The position numbers and the translations under genes were made by a program. From an uncultured Acidobacteriota bacterium (lineage in GTDB: Bacteria; Acidobacteriota; Thermoanaerobaculia; Multivoradales; UBA5704), in NCBI GenBank assembly GCA_963770895.1, contig CAVYRF010000002.1, forward strand, positions 2,304,001-2,368,000: 64,000 nucleotides of DNA, in the 5' to 3' direction. The notes under the pieces are model-generated. The model was not told the origin of the DNA. It did not search any database and worked only from the letters and a program-made list of their open reading frames with translations. The stretch's first letter is position 1. The number at the start of each line of letters is the position of its first letter. Shown one piece after another: positions 1 through 11,000 of the stretch.

Positions 1-1609
1 CGGGGAACTCGTAGGGGAACGACACCTGGCCGTTGGCGCCGGCGCCTGCCATGCTTTCCATGCCCTCCATTGCTGCCATTCCGTCCATGCCTGCCATGGG
101 GGCCATGCCGTGTGGGATGGGCATGGCCATGGCCGCCGGCGCGGGCGCCGAGGACGCGCCGGCGGCCGGACCGGTTGCATGGCCTTGCCCCGGCACCGCG
201 CCGCGCCGGGCGAGCAGGCTTTGCGCGGTCATCGAGATCGAGCCCTGGGGGTGGAGGTGGACGAAGACCTGGCCGTCGTCGCGGCAGACGATGGCGTGGC
301 CGAGCATGCCCATGTAGGGCTGCAGCGCGACCGGCTGGCCGTCGGGCGTGCGCACGGCGAAGTGCAGGTGGGCGTCGCGGCCGGCAACGGGCGGGCGCGA
401 TGGCGGGCGCAACCAGGCCATGGTCAGGCCGCCGTCGAGGGTGCTGACGATGGCTTCGGTGGGCGGCCGCCAGGCGACGGCCGGCGCCAGGCGCATGGAG
501 TCGTCCGGGTCGGACTGCAGGACGGGACGCTGGGTGTCGAAGGGAGCCGGCAGCGGCGGCGGCGGCGGCAACGAGATGGTGGCCGGGATGGTTTCGGCAA
601 AGCCGCTTTCCTGCGTGATGTCGGCGAACAGGCGATAGACGCCGGCAGGGAGCCTGGGGAGCGCGACGCGGTAGGTGGCGGTCTCCTCGCTGGCGCCGGG
701 CGCGCCGGCGCTTGCCGCGGGCTGCGGATGCAGGTGGGCGAAGGCGTCGAAGCCCGGTGTGCGGATCAGGAACAGATGCATCAGCTTGCCGTGATCGGGC
801 ACCAGCGGGGTCCAGTCGCGGCCGCCCCAGCGCGGGTCGGCAAAGGTCAGCTCAAGGACGTGCTGCGGACCGTCGGTGCGCACCTTGGCGACGGCGTGGT
901 AGGGCTTGTAGAGGTTCTGGCGGTAGGAGCGGTCCACGGCATCCCACCACTGCCGCCCGCCCAGCGCCAGCGCCGCCAGGATGAGGGCGGCGCCGGCCGC
1001 GGCGATGCGGGCGCGACGCCGGTCGCGCGCTTGCGGCAGGTCGCCCGGCGCCAGCGTGCTTTCGCGCACTCCCGCTCCCACCAGGGACACCATGCCGGCG
1101 AACAGCACCCCTCCCAGCGCCAGCAGCACGACGCTCAGGCCGCGCGGCAGCGGCAGGCGCCGGCTGGCGGCGGTCGAGACCGGCACCACCACGGTGCCCT
1201 GTCCGGCGGGCCCGGCGACGGTGACGCGGATGTCGTAGGAGTTGGCGGTCATCAGCCACAGCTGGGTCGAGAACAGGTCCGGTTGGCCGCGCACCGGCTG
1301 GGCGACGTCCGGCGGGGGAGCGCCCTCGGGGCCGGCGTCCCATTCGACCGGTTGCGCGTTGACGGTGACGCCCTTGAGCGCGCCCGGCCGGCCGGGCGCC
1401 GGCCCCGGCGGGTCCACCTTCACGGCGATTTCGGCCAGACCCGGAATCACCCCCGGCGGGCGCACCACGATGTGCACGGCGTAGGGGCCGGCGCGGCCGT
1501 CCAGGAAGACGTTGGGGCTGCCCAGGTGGGCGCAGGTCGCCAGGGCGACGGCGCAGGCCGCCGCGGCCGTCGCCGCGGCCCGCCAGCGCCGCGCCGTTTG
1601 GGCGCTCAA
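1..1609 (-). CDS. Exported, membrane-anchored His/Met-rich putative metal (copper)-binding protein; 3' end lies outside the window
   Basis: Not in the ORF track because it has no stop inside the window. Manual translation from TTG at 1609 gives MSAQTARRWRAAATAAAACAVALATCA-HLGSPNVFLDGRAGPY..., two hydrophobic helices (LSVVLLALGGVLFAGMVSLVGAGV; IAAAGAALILAALALGG), motifs DHGKLMHLFL..FAHLHP and YMGMLGHA..FVHLHP, a Met-rich tract, and ends QVSFPYEFP at position 2. It starts 11 bp after the upstream stop. Confidence 0.85.
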   Translation of the reverse strand, partial: MSAQTARRWRAAATAAAACAVALATCAHLGSPNVFLDGRAGPYAVHIVVRPPGVIPGLAEIAVKVDPPGPAPGRPGALKGVTVNAQPVEWDAGPEGAPPPDVAQPVRGQPDLFSTQLWLMTANSYDIRVTVAGPAGQGTVVVPVSTAASRRLPLPRGLSVVLLALGGVLFAGMVSLVGAGVRESTLAPGDLPQARDRRRARIAAAGAALILAALALGGRQWWDAVDRSYRQNLYKPYHAVAKVRTDGPQHVLELTFADPRWGGRDWTPLVPDHGKLMHLFLIRTPGFDAFAHLHPQPAASAGAPGASEETATYRVALPRLPAGVYRLFADITQESGFAETIPATISLPPPPPLPAPFDTQRPVLQSDPDDSMRLAPAVAWRPPTEAIVSTLDGGLTMAWLRPPSRPPVAGRDAHLHFAVRTPDGQPVALQPYMGMLGHAIVCRDDGQVFVHLHPQGSISMTAQSLLARRGAVPGQGHATGPAAGASSAPAPAAMAMPIPHGMAPMAGMDGMAAMEGMESMAGAGANGQVSFPYEFP

Positions 1610-1620
1610 TCGGTGCCCCG

Positions 1621-2910
1621 TCACCGCCGGACCCGCGCCATCCAACCGCCCCAGGCCAGACCGACGCGGGCCGAGATGGCGGCGAGCAGCACGCAGACCG
1701 CCGCGGCGGCGGGTGAAAGCGGGTCGCCCAGGCCGCGGAACTGGTGCCGCCAGGGTCCGAGTCGGGTGTGATAGGTCCACTCGTCCCCGGCAAAGAACCA
1801 GTTGCGCGCGTGCGGCCCCAGCAGGAAGCCGGCGAACTGCCACTGCGCCGCGACGTAGCAGGCGAAGAACGCGACGCCCAGCAGCAGGGCGAGCAGCGTG
1901 CGGTTGGCCGGCAATCGCGGGCGCCGCTGCAGCAGCAGGTCGATGGCGATCGCCGGCACGATCACCAGCGGCGGGAAAAACAGCGGCCACATGTGGTGGA
2001 TGGGGTTGTAGATCGGCGCCAGGCGCGGGGTCGCCGGGAACAGCGGCAGCACCCACGTCATGATCAGCCGCACCGCCATGGCGATGCCGGCGACCGTGGT
2101 GGCCGGCCAGCGCAGGCGCGCGGCGCAGGCGGCGGCCACCAGCAGCACCGGCAGCACGGCGCAGCTGATCTTGTAGAACAGCGCCCCGTGCTGCAGGTTG
2201 GGCGCGCTGTATTCCAGGAACAGGGTCATCACGATCGCCACCAGCGACCCCGCCGCCCAGGCGTAGACCAGCGCCGGCAGGCGGGTGGCCCCGGCTATCC
2301 CGGCGATGCCCGCGGTCCCTGGTGCGAGGGTGCCGGCCGGCGTCGTCGGCACCGTCGGCGTCGGTTGTGTCGTGCGGTTCTGCACCGCCAGGGCCTGCAG
2401 CATGGCGCCGAGCTGCACCGCGAGGATGCCGGCGGCAAGCAGGATGTGCGGCGGCGAAATGATTCGGACGTCCAGGCCGTAGGCGTTATGCCACCAGTCG
2501 TCGAACGGCGCCGAGGTGAGCATCGCGAAGGTGCCCCAGATGGCAACCCAGGCGCCGAGCGAGGCGCGGAAGCCCCAGAATCCGACGGTCGCGGCGCGCC
2601 GCCGGGCGGTGCCGGTGAAGGTGGCGGCAAGGGCCTCCCAGCCGGCCGACAGGCCGCAGAGCAGGCCGCCCAGGTAGAGCGCCAGGTGCGCCGGCGTCCA
2701 GAACGTGTCGCGTCCGATGCTGGCGTGCCACGAGATGTCCCACAGCAGGCCGACGCAAATGCTGGTGGTGCCCAGGACCGCCGCGACCAGGTGGCCGGAG
2801 ACCGGCTCGCGCTCGCCTGGCCCGCGCGCCAGCAGCGGCAGCGCGGACCGTTGGGCGCTCGCTTCCGCCGCGGCGGCCGGCGTGTCACGGCGGTCGAGAA
2901 GGGTTTCCAT
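1621..2910 (-). CDS. Polytopic membrane protein with two PmoC/AmoC-like DxxWH...PxH motifs
   Basis: 429-aa ORF with many TM segments; motifs WDISWHASIGRDTFWTPAH and FDDWWHNAYGLDVRIISPPH. Confidence 0.85.
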   Translation of the reverse strand: METLLDRRDTPAAAAEASAQRSALPLLARGPGEREPVSGHLVAAVLGTTSICVGLLWDISWHASIGRDTFWTPAHLALYLGGLLCGLSAGWEALAATFTGTARRRAATVGFWGFRASLGAWVAIWGTFAMLTSAPFDDWWHNAYGLDVRIISPPHILLAAGILAVQLGAMLQALAVQNRTTQPTPTVPTTPAGTLAPGTAGIAGIAGATRLPALVYAWAAGSLVAIVMTLFLEYSAPNLQHGALFYKISCAVLPVLLVAAACAARLRWPATTVAGIAMAVRLIMTWVLPLFPATPRLAPIYNPIHHMWPLFFPPLVIVPAIAIDLLLQRRPRLPANRTLLALLLGVAFFACYVAAQWQFAGFLLGPHARNWFFAGDEWTYHTRLGPWRHQFRGLGDPLSPAAAAVCVLLAAISARVGLAWGGWMARVRR

Positions 2911-2922
2911 TCGCCGTCTCCG

Positions 2923-4695
<1,773 letters not shown>

Positions 4696-4812
4696 CCCCG
4701 CAGTCTAGTGCGAGTCGCCCACCGGGGGAACTCCAGGCACTGCCGCTGATCCGGGAGGCGCTCGGAGCTGTGGGATACGATCGCGGCGCCAGATCATAGA
4801 CAAGGAGAGTGC

Positions 4813-5271
4813 ATGTCCCAGGGTGAGGCGCAGGATGTATCGAATCACGTTCGGTTTGTGCCGCTGTATCACTTCGTCGCCAGCCTTTTGCTGCTGGTGA
4901 ATTTTGTGTGGGGGTGCGTGCGGATCTATCACTTGCGCGATGCGGGGCGCTTTGCGCTGGCCAACGCGGGGGTCGAGCTGTTGGTGGCGGTGGCGCTGGT
5001 GATCATCTGGGCTTATGTGCGCATCTTTCCGCTGGCGGTGCAGGATCGGGTGATTCGCCTGGAGATGCGGCTGCGGCTGGCGGAGGTGCTGCCGGCTGAG
5101 CTGCGCTCGCGGGTGGCTGAGCTGACGGTGCCGCAGCTGGTCGCGTTGCGGTTTGCCAGCGACGCGGAGCTGCCGGAGCTGGTGCGCGCCGTGCTGGAGG
5201 GGCGGCTGCGCGGGCAGGCCGAGATCAAGGGCCAGATCCGGTCGTGGCAGGCGGATCATCAGCGGGCTTAG
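4813..5271 (+). CDS. DUF6526-like small membrane protein
   Basis: RBS AAGGAG; NHVRFVPLYHF, two TMs, QDRVIRLEMRLR, LRFASDAEL and WQADH.R motifs. Confidence 0.8.
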   Translation: MSQGEAQDVSNHVRFVPLYHFVASLLLLVNFVWGCVRIYHLRDAGRFALANAGVELLVAVALVIIWAYVRIFPLAVQDRVIRLEMRLRLAEVLPAELRSRVAELTVPQLVALRFASDAELPELVRAVLEGRLRGQAEIKGQIRSWQADHQRA

Positions 5272-5340
5272 CCGCCGGCGGGAGCCCTGGCGCGGTGTCG
5301 GCGGGGCTGGCTGGCGCCGGCTGCCGGGATCGGCGGCGCC

Positions 5341-8013
5341 TCAGTCGACGGTGATCTCGACCTGGCGGGAGGTGGCGCCGGGGAAGGGGGGCTTGACGAC
5401 GAAGGTGTGGTGCCCCGGCTGCAGGCGCCAGCGGGCGGTGTAGGGGTAGGGGGCGGTGGCGAAGGGCTGGCCGTCGACGTACCAGACGACTTCGCTGATC
5501 GGCGGATCGACCACGACCGAGAGCGCCAGGGTGTCGAGGCCGGGCGGCGTCTCGGGGTCGCGGAGGAGCCTGGCGCCGCCTTCGGGTGAGGTGATGCGCA
5601 GGTGCACGGCGCCTCCGGCCAGGGCGACGCCGGCGGGACCGCCCGCCGGCCAGGGGCTGGCGACGTCGGCGCGGACGGCGGTGCCGGAGAGCGCGGGCAC
5701 GGCGGTGGCGCCGCGGCCGTCTCCCGCTGTTCCGCCGGCGCCTTGGCGGCTGATCGCCCAGAGGTCGACGCGGCTGGTGTCGAGGGGCGGGCGCGGCAGG
5801 CCGGCGGCGGCCTGCCAGGCGGCGTAGCGCGGCGGCAGGTCGACGAAGGCGCGCAGCTCGGTTGCCGCGGGGGGCGTCGCGGCGGTGGCGAGCAGGCCGG
5901 TGCGCCGGTCGATGGCGCGCTGCTGGTGGACCTGGCAGTCGTCGGCGGGTTCGTCACCGGGCCGGAACCATTCCAGGAACACGCGGTCGCAGGCGGCGGT
6001 GGCGCGCTGGCCCGACAGGGCGCAGACGCGCACCGGGCGGTAGCCGCGCGGCGGCGGGAAGGAGTGGTCCTCCAGGCCGTCCTGCTGGTCGCCGTGCAGC
6101 AGCAGGAGCACGCGGCGCACCAGGTCGGCGGCGGACAGGTACCCGGACAGCTGGTTCATGGCGCGGAAGCCGGGGTGGCCGACCCACGAGGCGACCAGGT
6201 AGCGGGTGGACCAGGCGACGGCCCAGGCGTCGTGGTAGTTGGTCGAGGTGCCGGTCTTGACCGCCACCGGGAAGCGGTACTCGGTGGCTCCCATGCGCGG
6301 GAAGGTGGGCAGCCGCGCCTGCGGGTCGGACAGGAACAGGGTGATCTGGCGTGCCGCGTCCTCGCTGAAGATCCGCCGCGGCGGCGCCTGGCGCTGGTCG
6401 CGCACCCAGCGCAGTCCCGGCATGGGGAGCCGGCCGTCGCCGGCCAGGGTGAGGTAGGCGTGCGCCAGCTCTTCCAAGGTCACCGGCAGGCCGCCGATCG
6501 CCATGCCGAGGCCATAGTGGCGCGCCGGCAGGGCGCCGTCGGTCAGGCCCAGCTCGCGCAGCAGACCGTAGCCCTGGTCGAGGCCGAGCCGCGCCAGCAG
6601 CTCGACGGCCGGCACGTTGCGCGAGTTGGCGAGCGCCACGCGCGGCAGCAGCGGACCCAGGAACGCGTCGTCGGCGTTGGCGATGCCGCCGGGACCGCGC
6701 TCCAGGTCGTCCATCATGGTGGTCGGGGCGAGGACGCCGCGGTCGAGCGCCTGGGCGTACAGGAACGGCTTGAGGGTGCTGCCGGCCGAGCGCCGCACCC
6801 GCGTGTAGTCGATCGCGCCGTGGTCCTCCTGGTCGAAGTAGTCGGCCGAGCCCACCCAGGCGAGCACCTCCTGGCGGGCCAGGTCCAGGACCAGGAGCGA
6901 AGCGTTGCCGGCGCCGCGGTCGCGCCAGTCGGCGAGCGCCCGCCAGGTCATGTCGGTGGCGGTGCGCTGCAGGTCCAGGTCCAGGGTGGTGCGCAGCACC
7001 GGGGGCGGGGCCGCTCCTGCCGCCGCCGGCGCCGGCGCGACCGCGAGCTGGCCCAGGGCGAGCAGCGACTGCAGGTGGAGGATGGCGTGCAGCGCTTCAG
7101 GGGGGCGGTGCTCGCGATAGGGGATGCGCAGCTGGGCCAGCTGCACCCGCGCCAGGGCGTACTCGGCCGGCGACAGGACGCCGCGGCCGGCCAGCGCCGC
7201 CAGCACGCGCGTGCCGCGGCGCACGGCGCGCTCGCGGCCGGCGGGCAGGAACGGGTTCATGCGCGCCGGCGCCTGCGGCAGTGCCGACAGGAAGGCGATC
7301 TCGGCCCAGGACAGGTCTTCGACCGGCTTGTCGAAGTAGCTGCGCGCGGCGTAGGCGATGCCGTGGATGCGGTTGCCGAAGGGGACCAGGCGCAGGTACT
7401 GGCGGAGGATCTCGCGCTGGCCGTAGCGGTCGGTGAGCAGCACGGCGGTGATCGCTTCGCTCAGCTTGCGCAGGTAGCCGCGCGCGCCGGGGTTCTGCAT
7501 GCGGGCGACCTGCATGGCCAGGGTCGAGGCGCCCGACACCCGGCCGCCGGTGCGCAGGTTCTGCGCCACGGCCCGCGCCACCGCCAGCAGGTCGACACCG
7601 GGATGAGTGGCGAAGCGCCGGTCTTCCAGGGCCAGGGTCGCCGCCACGACGCGCGGCGGCGGCTCCGCCACCGGCCAGTAGCCCAGCTCGGCGGCCTCGT
7701 TCAGGCCGGCGGCGGCGGCCCCCGCGCCGCCGGGCAGCTCGCCCAGGAAGCGGCCGGCGCGGTCCAGGAGCAGCACCGTCGGCGGCGGCGCGATCAGGCG
7801 GGCACGCCACGTCGCCATGCCGGCGGCTCCGACAACGACCAGCGCCGCCGCGACGCCGCCGGCGGCCAGGCCCCACAGGGCGAGCCGCGGCAGCAGCTGC
7901 CGCGCTCCGGACGTCTCGCGCACCCGGCGCATTCGGCGCAGCCCGCGAGCGGCGGCACCCAGGCGCCGCCGCCCCAGCCGCAGCCATGCTCTTGCCGCCG
8001 CCGGCATCGCCAT
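5341..8013 (-). CDS. pbpC: Penicillin-binding protein 1C (transglycosylase, transpeptidase, C-terminal domain)
   Basis: TG motifs EDRRF.HPGVD, GASTLAMQ, RKLSE; TP motifs STLK, SRN, KTG; lies directly downstream of alpha-2-macroglobulin, the usual A2M-pbpC arrangement. Confidence 0.92.
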   Translation of the reverse strand: MAMPAAARAWLRLGRRRLGAAARGLRRMRRVRETSGARQLLPRLALWGLAAGGVAAALVVVGAAGMATWRARLIAPPPTVLLLDRAGRFLGELPGGAGAAAAGLNEAAELGYWPVAEPPPRVVAATLALEDRRFATHPGVDLLAVARAVAQNLRTGGRVSGASTLAMQVARMQNPGARGYLRKLSEAITAVLLTDRYGQREILRQYLRLVPFGNRIHGIAYAARSYFDKPVEDLSWAEIAFLSALPQAPARMNPFLPAGRERAVRRGTRVLAALAGRGVLSPAEYALARVQLAQLRIPYREHRPPEALHAILHLQSLLALGQLAVAPAPAAAGAAPPPVLRTTLDLDLQRTATDMTWRALADWRDRGAGNASLLVLDLARQEVLAWVGSADYFDQEDHGAIDYTRVRRSAGSTLKPFLYAQALDRGVLAPTTMMDDLERGPGGIANADDAFLGPLLPRVALANSRNVPAVELLARLGLDQGYGLLRELGLTDGALPARHYGLGMAIGGLPVTLEELAHAYLTLAGDGRLPMPGLRWVRDQRQAPPRRIFSEDAARQITLFLSDPQARLPTFPRMGATEYRFPVAVKTGTSTNYHDAWAVAWSTRYLVASWVGHPGFRAMNQLSGYLSAADLVRRVLLLLHGDQQDGLEDHSFPPPRGYRPVRVCALSGQRATAACDRVFLEWFRPGDEPADDCQVHQQRAIDRRTGLLATAATPPAATELRAFVDLPPRYAAWQAAAGLPRPPLDTSRVDLWAISRQGAGGTAGDGRGATAVPALSGTAVRADVASPWPAGGPAGVALAGGAVHLRITSPEGGARLLRDPETPPGLDTLALSVVVDPPISEVVWYVDGQPFATAPYPYTARWRLQPGHHTFVVKPPFPGATSRQVEITVD

Positions 8014-8050
8014 CGCCCTGCCCCTTCTCCTGCCCTTCCCGCCCGCCCGC

Positions 8051-11000
8051 CTAGTGGCCCGCCGCCGGCGCCGGCGCCGGCGGGCGCACCACGTCGACGC
8101 GCGCGCCGGCGGAGTTGCCGTGCACCGTGGCGTCGTACATCGCCTCGGCGCGCGCCGCCGGCTGCAGGAAGCTGCCTTCGGTGGTGGCGCGGGTGCGGAA
8201 GTAGAAGTCGAACGTCCCGCTGGGCAGGGTGTCGTAATAGAACGTCACCTCGTCGTCCAGATAGGCGGCGTAGCTGGGCCCGAGCGACAGGCTGCCGCGC
8301 GGCCGGGCTTCCGGCGGCGCGGTCGCCAGGTTGGGGTTGAGCGGCTCCAGGCCCGCGGCGAGCGGCACCGCCACCGCCACGTAGTGCCGCTCCTTGGGGT
8401 TGACCACGCGCACGTGCTCCTCGACCACGTCGCCCACCGCGAAGTGCAGGGTGGTGCCGCCGTGGGCGATCGCCAGCTGATCCGGCGGCCCGCCGGCGGG
8501 GTGGACCTTGAGCAGCTCGCGGCTGACCACCAGGCCGGCGGCGGCCGGTTCCACGCGGTCGCCTTCGGTCGCCGGCATGTAGCTGGTTTCGACCCGCACC
8601 GCGACCGGCCGCGCGTCGGCGCCCTGCTGCCCGGCCGCCGCCAGCGAGATGGTGCCCGCCGCCCCCGCGTCCTCGGCGGTGGCAACCAGCGTCGCGACCG
8701 GCGCCTGTGGCCCGAGCGCGAGCGTAGAGCTGGTCTTGCCCAGCTTGACGTCGAGCGTGTGGGCGCCGGCGCCGGCGAACGGCGGCCGCAGCAGCTCTCC
8801 CAGGGCGAGCAGCGCTTCGGCGTTGGCGTTGGTGGAACCCCAGCCGTCGCCGCCGCCGAGCGTCGTCAACGCCGTCACCAGCACCGGCAGGCGCGGATCG
8901 GCGCCGTCGTGGCGCACCAGCGCGCGGGTCGCCTCCGACAGGGTGCGCGTTTCGCCGGGCAGGATCAGGCCGTTGCCGGCGAAGACCGGGCCGCCGGCTC
9001 CCTGCAGGCCGCCGTAGATCTGGTGGCCGCCGTACAGCTTGAACACGATGCCGCCCCACAGGCGGCGGGCAAGGGCGTCGGCGGTGGGGCCGGCGTCGCC
9101 GCCGGCGGCGGCTGCCGCGGCCGGGTGCGCCGGCTTGGCGGCGGCGGGGCCGGCGAACGCCAGCAGCACCTGGGACACCCCTTCCAGGTCGAGGAACTGC
9201 GTCTTGCGCGCCAGCTCGGCGGCGTAGGCGGGTTGCGCCTCGCCGGCCGCGGTCAGCGCGGCGAGCGCCCAGCTGCGCTCGGCAAACGCCTCGCCGTCGA
9301 TGAAGTGGCCGTAATCGGTGCGCAGCGACTGCTCGAGCGACCGGGTGACGGTGGCCCACAACTTGGCGTTGATGGTGTAGCCGCCGGCCTTGGCCTCCAC
9401 CATGAATTGCAGCGACCAGGCGGTGAGCGACACGTAGCCCCTGCTGCCCGGCCAGTAGGCGACCAGGCCGTCGGCGTCGACGGCGCGGCCGATCCAGTCG
9501 AGCGTCTCGGTGACGTCGCGCCGCAGGCGCTGGTCGTCGCCGCTTTCGTGCAGCAGGTCGCGCAGGCGGGCCAGGGCCAGCTCCGCGCGGGCGCGCGACA
9601 GCCGCTGCTCGGTGCAGCCATAGGGGTAGTCGAGCAGGAAGTCGAGCCCGGCTGCCATGCGCACCAGCGCCGGCTCGCCCGACGCCAGGATCGATCGCCG
9701 CACCGTCCCCGGCCGCGCCGGCTCGGGCAGCGCCGGCACCTGCAGGGTGCCGCCGCCGAGCAGGTCCTGCTGCAGGCGCACCGCGACGCGCCGCCGGTCG
9801 TCGCGCACCGGCAGCTTGACCTCGGCGGCGTCGGCGGCGTGATCGCCCGTCCGCTCGGCGGCGAAGCGCAGCGTCACCTCGGCGCTTGCCGGGGTGCCGT
9901 CGGGCCGGAAGCCCGGCGTTTCGACGGTGACCGGGAATTCGATGCGCGACGCCTCCTTGGCGCTCCACTGGATGTCCTGGCGCCGCGCCCCGCCGACGGT
10001 GACGCCGGTGGCGCGCACCTCGGCCACGCCGGCGCCGCCCTCCCCTTCGACGACGCGGCCGATGGCCGCCGCCTTGAAGCGGTCGCCCGGCCTGACGAAG
10101 CGCGGCAGGGCCGGCTGCACCAGGACCGGCAGGCGCACCGAAATTTCGCCGGTGCCGAAGCCGAAGCGCTCGGCGCCGCTCGCCACCTTCGCGCGGATCT
10201 TGAAGTTGGTCAGGTCGTCGGGCAGCTCGACCGCGACCTTGGCCGTCCCGTCGGGGCCGATCTCGATGCTGGGGTTGAAGTAGGGCACCGGCTTGAAATT
10301 GCGCCGCACGGTCACACGGTCGAGCAGACCGGTGGACGCGCCACCGCCGACTTCGCCGCCGGGGTTTTCGGCGTAGGGCAGGAACCCGAAGGCCAGGTTG
10401 CGGCTGTCGCCGATCGTCAGGTGCGAGGCGACGGCGGTGATGAAGTCGGGCAGCGGGTCCAGGCGCTGTTCGCGGCCGAGCGCCAGCACCGCTTGATCGA
10501 CCAGCCACAGCGTCGCCTCGCCCGGCTGCGGCCGTCCCTGCGGGTCGGCGATGGCGATCTTGACCTCGATCGTCTGGCCCGGCCGGGCCTTTTCGGGATA
10601 GGCGAGCTTGACGTCAAGCCGGTTGTCGAGCGGCGCCACCTTGAGCCAGGTGGTGGCGGCGACGGTCGCCGGCCGCCCCAGGTCGGCGGCGCTGCCGGGC
10701 TGCGGCGCGGTGCCCGCCACCCGGCCGCGCTCCAGCATGAAGTGCACCGGCACGCGCGGCGTATAGCTGCCCAGGATCGGCACCTTGAAGGTCGCGGCGC
10801 CGCCTTCGACGGCGACCCAGCTGTAGACGTTGCCCTCGGGCGCCTCGATCACCGCCAGCGCCCGGCCGTGCTGGAACGGGCTTTCCAGGACCAGATCGGC
10901 GGTCTCTCCCGGACGGTACTCGGTCTTGTCGGGGATGACCTGGAAGACCCCTGCCGGCGGCTTTGCCCAGGTCACCGCCTGCTCGCCGCCGGCGTACAGG

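Noticed and set aside
1621-2910. Calling the locus a bona fide pmoCAB/amoCAB
   Set aside because: Similarity is limited to metal-site motifs and topology; no canonical PmoA or PmoB sequence is recognisable, so methane or ammonia oxidation is not supported.
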